64,000 nt of DNA from Pyrinomonadaceae bacterium (GTDB lineage Bacteria; Acidobacteriota; Blastocatellia; Pyrinomonadales; Pyrinomonadaceae): contig DASWRG010000058.1 in NCBI GenBank assembly GCA_036403295.1, forward strand, positions 27,815 through 91,814, read 5' to 3'. Position 1 is the stretch's first letter; the number at the start of each line of letters is the position of its first letter. The position numbers were made by a program, and so were the translations under genes. Shown here piece by piece: positions 8,202-18,300 of the stretch. Under the pieces are notes generated by a model. It had not been told where the DNA came from. It did not search any database and saw only the letters and a program-made list of their open reading frames with translations.

Positions 8202-11200
8202 ATGCGCAACGTCGAATCTTTCAAGCTGGGCATTGTGATTGCCGCCGACGGCAAACAGGCGAAGTCTGAGCTAAAGGCCGTAGACGATGCGACGACGAAA
8301 ACCACGTCATCTTTCCAGAAGCTAAATTCAGAGATGAAGAAGGGCGGAGGACTCACCGCCGGCTTCTCTGCCGGCTTCAAATCTGCCGCGAAGGATTTCA
8401 ATAAACAGTTAGAGGGCTTTTCCAAATCCTCGCGCCTGAATGCTATCGGCAACATCGCCGGGCAGACCGTCGGCAACGCGATGCAGGACGGCATCGGCAG
8501 CGTGCTCTCAAGTCTCGGCTCGACCGTCGGCTCTTTGATCGGCACGGCCATCGCGCCCGGCATCGGCACGGCAGTCGGCTCGACGATCGGTGGCGCGGTC
8601 GATGCTGCCATGGCGAAAGTCGCGGGCATCATTGGCCCGAAGATAGCGCAAGGGCTAGAATTAAATAAACAGATCGAGCGCGCGACGGTTCACTTCACTT
8701 CGTTCAGCGGCTCGATTGAAGAAGCCAACCAGCACATCACAGACCTCAAAACTCTTTCGCTCGATTCGGGTCTAGATTTGCCGTTTCTGCTCCAGTCCTC
8801 GCAACGGTTAGAAGAGTTCAATTCCGATCTCAAATTAACCTCGCTTGAGCTGCGCGCCGCGGCGGATCAGTCTGCCGCGTTCGGCGGCGGAGCAGAGACC
8901 TTCAGCTCGCTGGCCAACGCTCTCGGCCTCGTCGCGGAAAAGGGAGAGCTGAGCGGCAAAACTCTCACGAAGCTTTACAAGCTCGGCGTGGACGCGCCGA
9001 AGCTGCTCTCCGAAGCGACCGGTCTCTCTGTCAAAGAGATCAAGGGGATGATCAAGCGCAACGAGATCGACGGCGATATAGCCGCGCGCCTGATCGCCGA
9101 AGGCATCGAGCGCCACAAAGGGGGCTTCGCCAAAAAGATCTCGGAAACCACTCTCTACGGCAGAGAGGAGCGATACAACCAGTCGCAGGCATTACTGGCC
9201 CAGCAGGGCACAGAGAACCTCGCGAAAGGATTGTCGGATTACTACGCGACCGCTAACCGGATACTGGAGAGTCCGGAGGCGAAGAAGATCGTCCAGTTCA
9301 TCAACGACACTGCCGGACAATTCATCGGCGTGATCGAGAAGGGCGTGTCCGTCGGCGCAGGAGTCGCGCAGGGAGCGGTGCAAGGAATCCAGAGCGGCGA
9401 AGCAGTCAATAGTCTCAAGTCTGCGATCTCAACCCTGGGCGGCGTCGGCGTGGAAGCGCTCAAAACTGCGTGGCAGATCAATTCGCCTTCAAAAGTTTTT
9501 GCTGACATTGCCGGTGGCGCCGTTGAAGGACTCGCTGACGGTTACGGCGGGCAAGGCGGCTTTAGAAGCGAGGGAAGTAAAGCATATCTGAAAGGCGCGA
9601 TAGCCGAACTGCTCACAGGCGCAGATGGCCAGGTTAGAACATGGGCTAATAGTAAGGGCGGGCAATCCTTATCAGCTCCAGACCTGCGCAAGCGATACGA
9701 AGATGCGCTCCAAAATCCCGCAGTCCGCGCGCTACTGGAAGCCATCAGACGCGCCGAGGGCGGGCAGCCTGATGTGATGGCTGGCGGCCGCCATGTCACC
9801 GATATGAGCCAGCATCCGGGCTACATCGTGCCGCAGAGTCAGTGGTTTAAAGGTCCCAAGGGCCGATCGAGCGCTGGTGGCAACTGGCAGGTGACGCTCA
9901 CTAACTGGAAGCGTATCTTGCCGATGCTCGGCATGGATCCGCGCACAACTCCTTTCACAGTTGGCAATCAAGCGATGGTTACGCTCAGACTCCTCGACGA
10001 GTCGGGCGGCCTCGCTCCTCTTCTGCGCGGCGATTTAATGGGCGGACTCAGAGGGACGCAGCCCTGGGCGTCTTCGCCTTTCTCCAGCTTGCCCGGACGC
10101 AAGCAAAATCTGACCGGCATCTTCAATTCGATTCTGAGCGGCGGCGGAGCCTCAGCCATTCCCGTCACGATCGTGGGCAACAGTGCGCCTGCGCTCACGA
10201 ACCAGCAGAGATTTTTCAACAAGTCTATCGCCGAGCTGAAGTCGAACATGCCGAATGGCACTCGACCCTGGTATGCCACGACGGACATCCTCGGCGGGGC
10301 CGGTGACGGCCCCGCTGCCGCACCTCTTCGTCTCGCGCAAGAGATTCCGCCCGCGTTTGCGAAGCTCAATACCAATCTCGCTGAGGTCAATCTCACTTTT
10401 CCAGCGACTGAAGATTTCTTTAAGCGAATGAACCAGGAGGGCGTGCTCGCCGTGCAGATGTTCGGCGATATGGGCATCGGCGTGCCGCCGGTCATGAAAG
10501 CCTTCGAGGGTTTGAAGGACGCGACGGTGCAGTTAACGGCAGCCGAGCAGAAGAAGACCCTGGCAGAAATAAGGGCGCGGCAGAAACTGGCACGTGAGAA
10601 GGAGGGCGAAGAGGGCGTCTTTAACCATCAGACATTCGCGACGAGAGACGAAGACGGCAAAAAGATTGGCGGCGTCAAACAGGCCGTCGCCGGTCTCAAG
10701 TCGGCTTACAAAGAGATCAAAGCCCTGGGTAAAGGCGCATTCGACCAGTTTGCTCAAGGCATCGGCTCGACGGTCGAGAACTTCGTGCTGCTCGGCCAGA
10801 CAGGCCCCGACGCGCTCCGCAAGCTCGCCGCGCAGGCCGTCGCGTCTCTGGCCGCACAGGCTACCGTCAACGCCGTGTTCTGGACCGCGCAGGGCATCGT
10901 CGATCTCTTCTTCAATCCTGCCCGTGCTGCGGCAGACTTCGCCGGTGCTGCCCTTTTCGCGAGCATTGCAGGCGTCAGCATCCTCGGCGGCAGAGCGCTG
11001 GCTGGAAACCGCTTCCGGGACAACAACCAGCAGCAGGCTGACCCGAACGCGCAGTTCGGCGAATCGACCTATGCCGGAAACAACTTCACCCGGCGCGCGA
11101 CGGGCGCCCCTGTCTATCGCGGACGCTCATACATTGTCGGCGACGGTGGCCGCTCTGAAGTCTTCGAGGCGAAAGAAGACGGTTACATACACCCGAGCAT

Positions 11201-11435
11201 TTCGGCGTACGCCCGCTCGCAAGGTGGCGGCGGCAGCGGCAGCCACCATGCTGAATCCGCAGCCATGCTTGCGCAGGTCAAAGACATTCTTGACCGCATC
11301 GAGCCGGTTTCTGCTGAACAGTTTTTCCGCTGGGGCGCGAAGAAAGCTCCGGATGCCGTGGGCGCAGCAAACGTCACGGCGCTCAGAAAGAATCCGGACC
11401 TGGTCCAACAGCACGCGAGGGCATTAAACCTGTAA
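8202..11435 (+). CDS. Tape measure protein with an internal lambda-R-like (GH104-type) lytic transglycosylase domain
   Basis: 1077 aa, with Gly/Ala-rich and coiled segments and the expected position. Residues encoded at ~9700-10090 align by eye to lambda R (see the tape-measure finding). Confidence 0.9.
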   Translation: MRNVESFKLGIVIAADGKQAKSELKAVDDATTKTTSSFQKLNSEMKKGGGLTAGFSAGFKSAAKDFNKQLEGFSKSSRLNAIGNIAGQTVGNAMQDGIGSVLSSLGSTVGSLIGTAIAPGIGTAVGSTIGGAVDAAMAKVAGIIGPKIAQGLELNKQIERATVHFTSFSGSIEEANQHITDLKTLSLDSGLDLPFLLQSSQRLEEFNSDLKLTSLELRAAADQSAAFGGGAETFSSLANALGLVAEKGELSGKTLTKLYKLGVDAPKLLSEATGLSVKEIKGMIKRNEIDGDIAARLIAEGIERHKGGFAKKISETTLYGREERYNQSQALLAQQGTENLAKGLSDYYATANRILESPEAKKIVQFINDTAGQFIGVIEKGVSVGAGVAQGAVQGIQSGEAVNSLKSAISTLGGVGVEALKTAWQINSPSKVFADIAGGAVEGLADGYGGQGGFRSEGSKAYLKGAIAELLTGADGQVRTWANSKGGQSLSAPDLRKRYEDALQNPAVRALLEAIRRAEGGQPDVMAGGRHVTDMSQHPGYIVPQSQWFKGPKGRSSAGGNWQVTLTNWKRILPMLGMDPRTTPFTVGNQAMVTLRLLDESGGLAPLLRGDLMGGLRGTQPWASSPFSSLPGRKQNLTGIFNSILSGGGASAIPVTIVGNSAPALTNQQRFFNKSIAELKSNMPNGTRPWYATTDILGGAGDGPAAAPLRLAQEIPPAFAKLNTNLAEVNLTFPATEDFFKRMNQEGVLAVQMFGDMGIGVPPVMKAFEGLKDATVQLTAAEQKKTLAEIRARQKLAREKEGEEGVFNHQTFATRDEDGKKIGGVKQAVAGLKSAYKEIKALGKGAFDQFAQGIGSTVENFVLLGQTGPDALRKLAAQAVASLAAQATVNAVFWTAQGIVDLFFNPARAAADFAGAALFASIAGVSILGGRALAGNRFRDNNQQQADPNAQFGESTYAGNNFTRRATGAPVYRGRSYIVGDGGRSEVFEAKEDGYIHPSISAYARSQGGGGSGSHHAESAAMLAQVKDILDRIEPVSAEQFFRWGAKKAPDAVGAANVTALRKNPDLVQQHARALNL

Positions 11436-11878
11436 TGGATTACGAGCTTTTAGACACGACCGGCTTTCACTTCGCGGAGATGAGCGTCTCCGTGGCCGTG
11501 CTGACCGCCAACTATGGTGACGGCTACGGCGACGGCGCGCTCGTCGGCTCTCCGGAGGGGCTGCACAAGTGGTCGATCGAAATCTCGCTCCTGCCCGATC
11601 TTGAGGAATACAGCATTTATTCATTCGACCCGTCGGGCGAGACGAGAGCCCGTTATCTGTACAACCTGTTCCTGCGCTCGAAGGCTGCCGGAAATCGCCC
11701 CTTTCGCTTCGTCGAGCCGGGCACGGGCAAAGAGTATTTCGCCGAGTTCGTCGAGCACACGCTGACCTGGAGCCAGTTCACGGCCAAAGCCTTCTCCGCC
11801 CAGCTGGAGATCCGTCAAAGGCGCGTGCGTGACTATGAATCGCCCACGGACACGACTGGCAACCCGGACACGATCTGA
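11435..11878 (+). CDS. Minor tail protein, lambda gpM-like
   Basis: ANYGDGYGDGALVG...HKWSIEISL...FRFVEPGTGK...FSAQLEIRQ parallels gpM VRFGDGYSQRAPAG...TYSVTLSV...FLWTPP...FSAEFEQV. There is a 1-nt overlap with the tape measure stop. Confidence 0.7.
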   Translation: MDYELLDTTGFHFAEMSVSVAVLTANYGDGYGDGALVGSPEGLHKWSIEISLLPDLEEYSIYSFDPSGETRARYLYNLFLRSKAAGNRPFRFVEPGTGKEYFAEFVEHTLTWSQFTAKAFSAQLEIRQRRVRDYESPTDTTGNPDTI

Positions 11879-14406
11879 TGATCACACTGGACGCGACAAC
11901 ACAGGCCAAGCTCGATGCTTTCGCCGCGCTGCCAAATAAGCAGGTGGCGGAAGTGGTTGCCGTCTTCTGGCCCGCTCCGACCGGCGTCAGGTACTACGCC
12001 GTCACGCAGCTCGATCTGATCACGCCCGGCATCCCTGTCTCGCCGATCGAGGCGCGAATAATCCCTGAAGACCTCCAAAGCGCGGCACTGTTTCAAACAA
12101 TCACGTCTGATTCTGCGCTCAGTGATGAAGAGATCGAGCTGAACTTCTTTGACGCCGACGGGCAGATCGCGGACCTCGCATATCTGCATGGTGAAGGCGT
12201 GCGGGTCGAAGTCTTTTACTGGTTTCCGCAAGTGGAATTATTGATGTCTAACTGGTGGGGCCATCTCCGCACTCCTGACAACGCCGACAGCGAGACGTTT
12301 CGCTGTAAGGCTGCCATCGGGTTTCGCTCGCCGCTCTTGCCGATGCCGCGTCGCGCCTTCTTCGATACTTGCCTAGCCATCTACGGCGGCCTGCTGACGA
12401 CGCTCGCAGCGATCGCGGATAACGATTGCCCTGTCAACATTCACCTGCCCGGCGGAACCATCGGCGTCCTCGTCGGAGGTCTGCCCCAGCTGACGTGCTC
12501 GCGTAAAAGTCGCGCTGTCTGCACCGCGCACGTCGGAGACGACCTTTCATATCTCGGCATGGAGACGCCCACGCAGACCGTCCAGATCGGGCAGTCCGGA
12601 GGAGGCGCGACCAGCTATTCAAGCCGCGGCAACGCGAGCAATCTGAAGCGTCCTTTGCGCGTCGTCTTCGGCCGCCGCGTCGTGCGCGATATGGACCTCC
12701 TCGCTTTCATCCCGACGCCTAACACGAGCCATCCAGACCAGGGCTTTGTGCAGGTCCTCTTTGCTGCCTGCGAAGGCCGCATCAAGAGCATGACGTTTTG
12801 CGCAGTCAATAACCTCACGATCGCAGCCGAGCACTTGAACACCCGTCTCGGCGCACGCCGACAGTCGCGCACATCTTTCGGCTCAAGTCCGAACCCGACT
12901 GGCCAGGCCGCGAACTATTCAGGCACAGCGCTCTTCTATGCCAACTATGGCCAAGTCAACGCCGGCGCGTACGGGCCGCAGAACCTCGCCGGGCAGGCGA
13001 TCATCGAAGGCTTAGACGAGATTCGCGTGTATACGACTCCGGAATCATATACCAGGAAATATACGACGAACCGGGCCTGGTGCCTGCTGGAGATGTATCG
13101 CAACCGTCGCTGGGGACACGGCCTCGACGATTCGCGATTCGTCATTCAGGACTGGATCGATCTGGCCGCCTGGTGCGATGACAACTGGAGCTACACGGAC
13201 CCTTCGGGGACGGTCTACTCGGGCACGCGCTCGACGCTCAATGTTGACCTTCAGGACCGCACGACGCAGCAGGTCATCAATGACACCTGCCTCTTCGGTC
13301 GCTTCTCGAAGCCCTTCTACTGGCAGGGGAAGATCCGGATCGTGCCCCTCAAGAAAGAATCTCTTGACGGCGTTAAAGAGTTTACTGACGAGGGGAATGC
13401 ACGAAACATCTGCGTTGACGATAACGGCAAAGCGCTGCTGACGCGCTCGCAGATAGATGACATAGATCTGCCGAACCAGCTCTCGATCACCTTCGAAGAC
13501 GCGGCGCACCAGAATATCGAGCGGCCTCTGTCGTTCGACGATAAGCCGGCGCAGCTCAAAGCGGGGCGCGCGCTCGGCGACGAGTCTATCCGCATCGTCG
13601 AGAAGAAATATTCGGCCTTCGGCGTCACTGCCTACAATGAATCAGTGCGCCTTGGCAATCTGCTGTTAGATTTGGGAGAGTTCGATTCGGGCGGTCTGAA
13701 GAACAATCTCCGCGTCACTTTCACAACCTTCTATGCGGAGACCCTTGACCTTCATCCCTACAAAGTGATTCGCGTCCTCTCACGTCAGCTCACGCGCTAC
13801 GGCTTTGAATATTTCCGCATCATGTCGCTGAAGCGCAAACCGGATCTGAAGGTCGAGATCGTCGCGCAGGCTTATCCCAGGGATTACTACGACGGCATCG
13901 AGACTGTGCTGCCGCCCGCCTCGGATGAGTACGAAGCGGAAGACCCGGGCAACACGAGAACAGGTGCGGCAGTCGTCGCGCTCGATGCTCAGTGCAGCGG
14001 CGGCGCGAAAGTCGTCGGGATAGGCCACGGCTCAATCCTTCGCTTCAATGGCATCACGGTGGCGACGAGCAGGCCATTTGAAGTGACGGTCGTTTACAAG
14101 TCAACGAGCGACCTGACGGCTTATGTCAATCTCAATACGCGCGCCGCCGAGCCGGTGCTGTTCCCCGATAGCGGCGGCGCGATTGCTTCGCTGGTCATTC
14201 TGGTCGGCACACTCCAAGTCGGCCAGACCTATACGCTCACTTTTGCGAATCCGGATGCGGCCTGTCCCGAGCTGGACAAGATCACGCTCGCGCCGCACGT
14301 CATCGACCCGCACGATCCGCCGGGCGGCGGCGTGTGCCGCGCGCAAATTGGAGAAATAACCTACGAGAACGGGCAGCTCAGAATTCCGGTGCTGCCGTGT
14401 GAATAG
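11878..14406 (+). CDS. Tail tip/hub protein: a gpL-like N-terminus (four-Cys cluster) fused to a gpJ-like body and a C-terminal carbohydrate-binding-like domain
   Basis: - 842 aa.
- Four Cys lie within ~55 aa (FFDTC...DNDC...QLTC...RAVC), as in the Fe-S-binding gpL.
- The central segment RAWCLLEMYRNRRWGHGLDD resembles the gpJ/Phage-tail_3 family.
- The last ~160 aa look like a CBM6/35-type beta-sandwich. Confidence 0.6.
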   Translation: MITLDATTQAKLDAFAALPNKQVAEVVAVFWPAPTGVRYYAVTQLDLITPGIPVSPIEARIIPEDLQSAALFQTITSDSALSDEEIELNFFDADGQIADLAYLHGEGVRVEVFYWFPQVELLMSNWWGHLRTPDNADSETFRCKAAIGFRSPLLPMPRRAFFDTCLAIYGGLLTTLAAIADNDCPVNIHLPGGTIGVLVGGLPQLTCSRKSRAVCTAHVGDDLSYLGMETPTQTVQIGQSGGGATSYSSRGNASNLKRPLRVVFGRRVVRDMDLLAFIPTPNTSHPDQGFVQVLFAACEGRIKSMTFCAVNNLTIAAEHLNTRLGARRQSRTSFGSSPNPTGQAANYSGTALFYANYGQVNAGAYGPQNLAGQAIIEGLDEIRVYTTPESYTRKYTTNRAWCLLEMYRNRRWGHGLDDSRFVIQDWIDLAAWCDDNWSYTDPSGTVYSGTRSTLNVDLQDRTTQQVINDTCLFGRFSKPFYWQGKIRIVPLKKESLDGVKEFTDEGNARNICVDDNGKALLTRSQIDDIDLPNQLSITFEDAAHQNIERPLSFDDKPAQLKAGRALGDESIRIVEKKYSAFGVTAYNESVRLGNLLLDLGEFDSGGLKNNLRVTFTTFYAETLDLHPYKVIRVLSRQLTRYGFEYFRIMSLKRKPDLKVEIVAQAYPRDYYDGIETVLPPASDEYEAEDPGNTRTGAAVVALDAQCSGGAKVVGIGHGSILRFNGITVATSRPFEVTVVYKSTSDLTAYVNLNTRAAEPVLFPDSGGAIASLVILVGTLQVGQTYTLTFANPDAACPELDKITLAPHVIDPHDPPGGGVCRAQIGEITYENGQLRIPVLPCE

Positions 14407-14409
14407 CTT

Positions 14410-14655
14410 ATGGCAAGTAACTTTCAACAATTCGATTTGAGCTATCGAGGCAGCGCCGGCGCGCTGACCCCGCTGGCGAACACGACGGTCAAGGTCTTCG
14501 ATGCGACGAACCTCGCTGACCTGGATGATGTGACGAGCAACGACGAAGGCGTCGTCGAAGGCGGCACGCTGCCGGTGGACGCAGGCATAGTCGTGCGCTT
14601 CCGGGTCGAGAACTATCTTGGCCTCGCCATGTCTCTTGAACAGGTGACTACCTGA
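14410..14655 (+). CDS. Small phage tail-associated protein, unknown function
   Basis: 81-aa ORF, tightly packed between the hub gene and the next gene. Confidence 0.4.
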   Translation: MASNFQQFDLSYRGSAGALTPLANTTVKVFDATNLADLDDVTSNDEGVVEGGTLPVDAGIVVRFRVENYLGLAMSLEQVTT

Positions 14656-14670
14656 TAAGTGACAAGCTAA

Positions 14671-15357
14671 ATGGCTGACGCTCTCATACTCGAATCCATT
14701 CGCGGCGTGCATCTCGTGCTGGGCGCTGCGCCTCAGCGTGAGGTCACGCAGGAGCCTGCGCTGGCAGAGGTATGGGTGGGCGGCGGAGGGGCTTCTGACC
14801 TGTACGGCACAGGTCAGAAGCTCGGCCTGTCCCAAATCGGCCAAACCTTCGCGGCGCAATATCCGCTTGAGCTGGATCGAGACCTGAGAGTCTATCTCCG
14901 CTCACTCGGCGCGGACGGCGCGGCGGACTGCTCGCAGCTCCGCGATGCCGTCTCCAAGCTCGTCCCGATCCAGCGCGAGACTGAAGCTCCCGTCATCGGG
15001 CAGGCGACCAACGCGCAGAATCTGCTCGTCGAAGTCGGCGTGGACGGCTTCACGCGCTTTGCTCGTTTCCGGAAAGTGGAGATAGCTGATAACGCCGGGA
15101 TGACAACTAACCTGCGCACGACGATCTATGACAGCGCGGATTTTGTGAACAAGGAACTGCCGCGCTTCATCAACGTCACGCGCGCGAGTGGCAGCTCTGC
15201 CTTGACGCAATACGTGCGCGTTTCCCATTCCAGCGGCGGAGCTTATGGCGCTCCATCAGACGTGCTGGCAATCACCTTTGCCGATGCGGGCGGCGCAGGC
15301 GGCTCATCAGGCGGCTTTGACCCTGTGCCGCACGGCCATCAACCCATTGAACCTTGA
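14671..15357 (+). CDS. Phage tail/baseplate-associated protein, unknown function
   Basis: 228-aa ORF with a Gly-rich C-terminus. It ends about 15 nt upstream of the preferred tailspike ATG (15372) and overlaps only the alternative TTG start at 15354. Confidence 0.45.
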   Translation: MADALILESIRGVHLVLGAAPQREVTQEPALAEVWVGGGGASDLYGTGQKLGLSQIGQTFAAQYPLELDRDLRVYLRSLGADGAADCSQLRDAVSKLVPIQRETEAPVIGQATNAQNLLVEVGVDGFTRFARFRKVEIADNAGMTTNLRTTIYDSADFVNKELPRFINVTRASGSSALTQYVRVSHSSGGAYGAPSDVLAITFADAGGAGGSSGGFDPVPHGHQPIEP

Positions 15358-15371
15358 ACGGAGTAATTACT

Positions 15372-18300
15372 ATGACTCGAACAATCAAAAATCTTTTTCA
15401 CGCGCTGGTCATCATCGCGTGTCTCTTTGTCGCGGCAGGCTCGGCGCGCGCGACCGCGCCGACCGCCACAACTTTCACGGCTAACGTCTCGACGGTGGGC
15501 GCGACCTTGATCCAGCTGCAAGGCAACGACCCTGATGGCACGGCGCTGGTCTTCGCTTTCCAGTCCTCGCCACTGCACGGCACGATCACGGCTTTTAACT
15601 CAGCGACCGGGTATTTTGTCTACACGCCCAATAGCGGCTACACCGGCACTGACGGCGTGTTCTTCGCAGTGACGAGCGGCGGGCAGACCAGCAGCTCGGC
15701 GACGTGTTCGATCGTGGTGACGAACGCGAAGACGCGAATCATTGACACGCTGGTAGACGCGAGCGGCAACGCGCGGCAGGGAAGCGTCACTTTTATTCTG
15801 ACGATGCCGGTGACCTCACCGGCGGGCGTGATGCCGACCGGCTCGACCGTCTCATCTGCGTTGAATAGCTCCGGGCAGTTCGATGTCTCGGTCTATCCGT
15901 CGCGCGCTCTTTCCCCGCAGAGCTTTTACCAAGTTTGGTACGCAGACAGCGCGAGCCTCAAGCGTGAGCTGATCGGCGTCTATGACATTCCGGCGAGCGT
16001 AACGAGCATCACTCTCGCCGGTCGCAGAGTCATCGATACCAATCTTGCCAAGCAATACGTTTTCGTCAGTGTCGCCGAGTTGGAAGCTCACACGTCTGCC
16101 GTAGCCACACGCACGCTCTCAGAGCTGCTCGGGCCGAACCTAACCATCGGCGGCACGATGACAGCTCAAAAGTTTGAAGGCAATTGTGGTGACTGTACTG
16201 GCATCACTGGTCAGGTGGGCGGAAACTCTGCTCTCAATACATTAACCCAGGGCGGTGACACAGACGCTGACGGCACCGGCAAAGTCGCGTTTCAAACTCG
16301 AAACATAGATCGCCTCGTCATCAACAACGATGGCGGGATTGACCTCAAGGGAGGCTTTCCGACTTCGACGCTCGCGGGGCTGCCTGCGGTTGGTAATGTC
16401 GGGCGTATCTACAGACTGACTGACGGCAATAAAGGTCTCGTGATAGATACGGGCGTGACGTGGAAGTCTTTGAACGGAGGCGATTACAACATTGATGATT
16501 GGGGCGCGAAGCCGAACGACGCAACCTTTGACAGCCAGCCTGCTATCCAGGCAGCCGTTGATGCAGTCGAGGCGTTGGCTACAGCGTCAGGGCGCACGAA
16601 GAGCGCGCGTGTGTATGTGCCCATCGGCACTTATTATCTGAGTAAGCCAGTGCGCTTCAAGATAGATGGCACTATCTTCACCGGTGCAGGAAAGTCGCTC
16701 TCAATTCTTAAAGCGAAGTCTGGTCTTGGCGGTGGTAATTTGCTGGTCGTTGGCCCAGGCACGAATGCGAATCCCAGCCTCTCTTATGACGACGTGCCGA
16801 CGACGACAGCTCTCGCCACTGGCACCGGCGCGGCCTACTCGATGCCTGCCGGCAACAGTATTTATTTCAACTTCAGAGACTCTGCTGCGTGGGATATTGA
16901 CGGGCGCACGGCGATGTCGCTGGAGTTTATCTTCAAGCCGACTGTGCTCGATGGCACTTACCGCACGATCCTCGTCGGAGGCGGAAACGAATCACCGAAC
17001 CAGGCCGGGAACAATTACACGCTGGTTGTGGCCGTCACAACGAACAACGCGCTTGAGACTTCGATTCGATTGGGAGACACGCTCTACACGCTGACCTCCG
17101 CGAACAACTCTCTCGTTGCCGGCTCCAGTTATGTTGTGCAATTCAATTTCAGCCCTAACGCTGATCCGACCAAAGCGGATGTGCGCCAGTTTCTCAACGG
17201 CACGCTCACGGCTTCCACGACGACCGCGACCGGAAAATACGCAGTCACCCAGCATGAATATGAAGACGTGATCTTAGGACAATATTTTCAGACGTGGCCG
17301 GAATATAATGCTGTCCTCAACTCGATAAGCTGCGTGGTGGATTCGATCAGGCTCTCTTCGGTTGCGCGCAACACTGCCGGCTACAGTGCTCCCCTGACGA
17401 AGCTTGTCTCAGACGGCAACACGCTCTGGCTGACGAACTGGCTGATTGACGGCATGCAGATGGTTGCGACAAGCTCCTATGGCACGGAGTATCTGCCACT
17501 TCGTCGGCCGACGTTTATCAATCTCGCAAACTATGTCGAGATCAGCAACATGCGCCTTGAGCCGGATGGAGGCTCTGGTCGCGTCGGTGGCATCTATGCC
17601 TATCTCTCCCCGCGCGCAAACTTCCACGATCTCTATATTGATTTCAGCCGCGTTGGAATCCGGTTCTTTGACAACTCATTTCTTTCGAGTGTGAGAGATG
17701 TGGAGATTTACGGCGACACCAATTCGCGCGGCAACATTTTCAATCTCAGCTCATCGGGCGTCAATTATTTCGACAACCTGCAACTGTTCGGGCCTAACTA
17801 CAATATCGTTGGCATCAATGGCGGTGGGCAAATCAATCACTCATTCCTGCATGGCGGAGTTCGCTATAACCTCGTGCTCGGCAATGCTGATTCGACTTCG
17901 ACCGGCACCTGGACGCTCAACGATGTGAGCGTCTCTGATGAGGATGCTTCATTTTCTCCTGAAGCGCACTACCAAGGGCCGGCGATGCTCTTTAACATGC
18001 GAGGCTTCCAGATGCTCGGCGGAACCTTGGAGTCTGTCTACTATACGAGCAAGTATCCGCGGATCTCAGGCGGCGACAAATACACCTTCGTCGGCACCGT
18101 CTTCAATACCAACTCCGCCAATGACAGGCAGATCGATTTCCCGGAAGCGGGCAATCTTCCTTTGTCTCCTGTCATGCTCGTCAACGCCAAGAACTGCGGG
18201 GCGACGTATCCGCCGACGAGCTGCACAGAGATTCCGTGGACGACCAGCGCGCGCGCGGCGAACGTGGTTGTCGTTGGAGCCAGCATAGCGATTAACCCGA

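Noticed and set aside
14101-14859. 252-aa minus-strand ORF across the hub gene end and two small tail genes
   Set aside because: It crosses three + strand gene boundaries and its composition is typical of an antisense frame.
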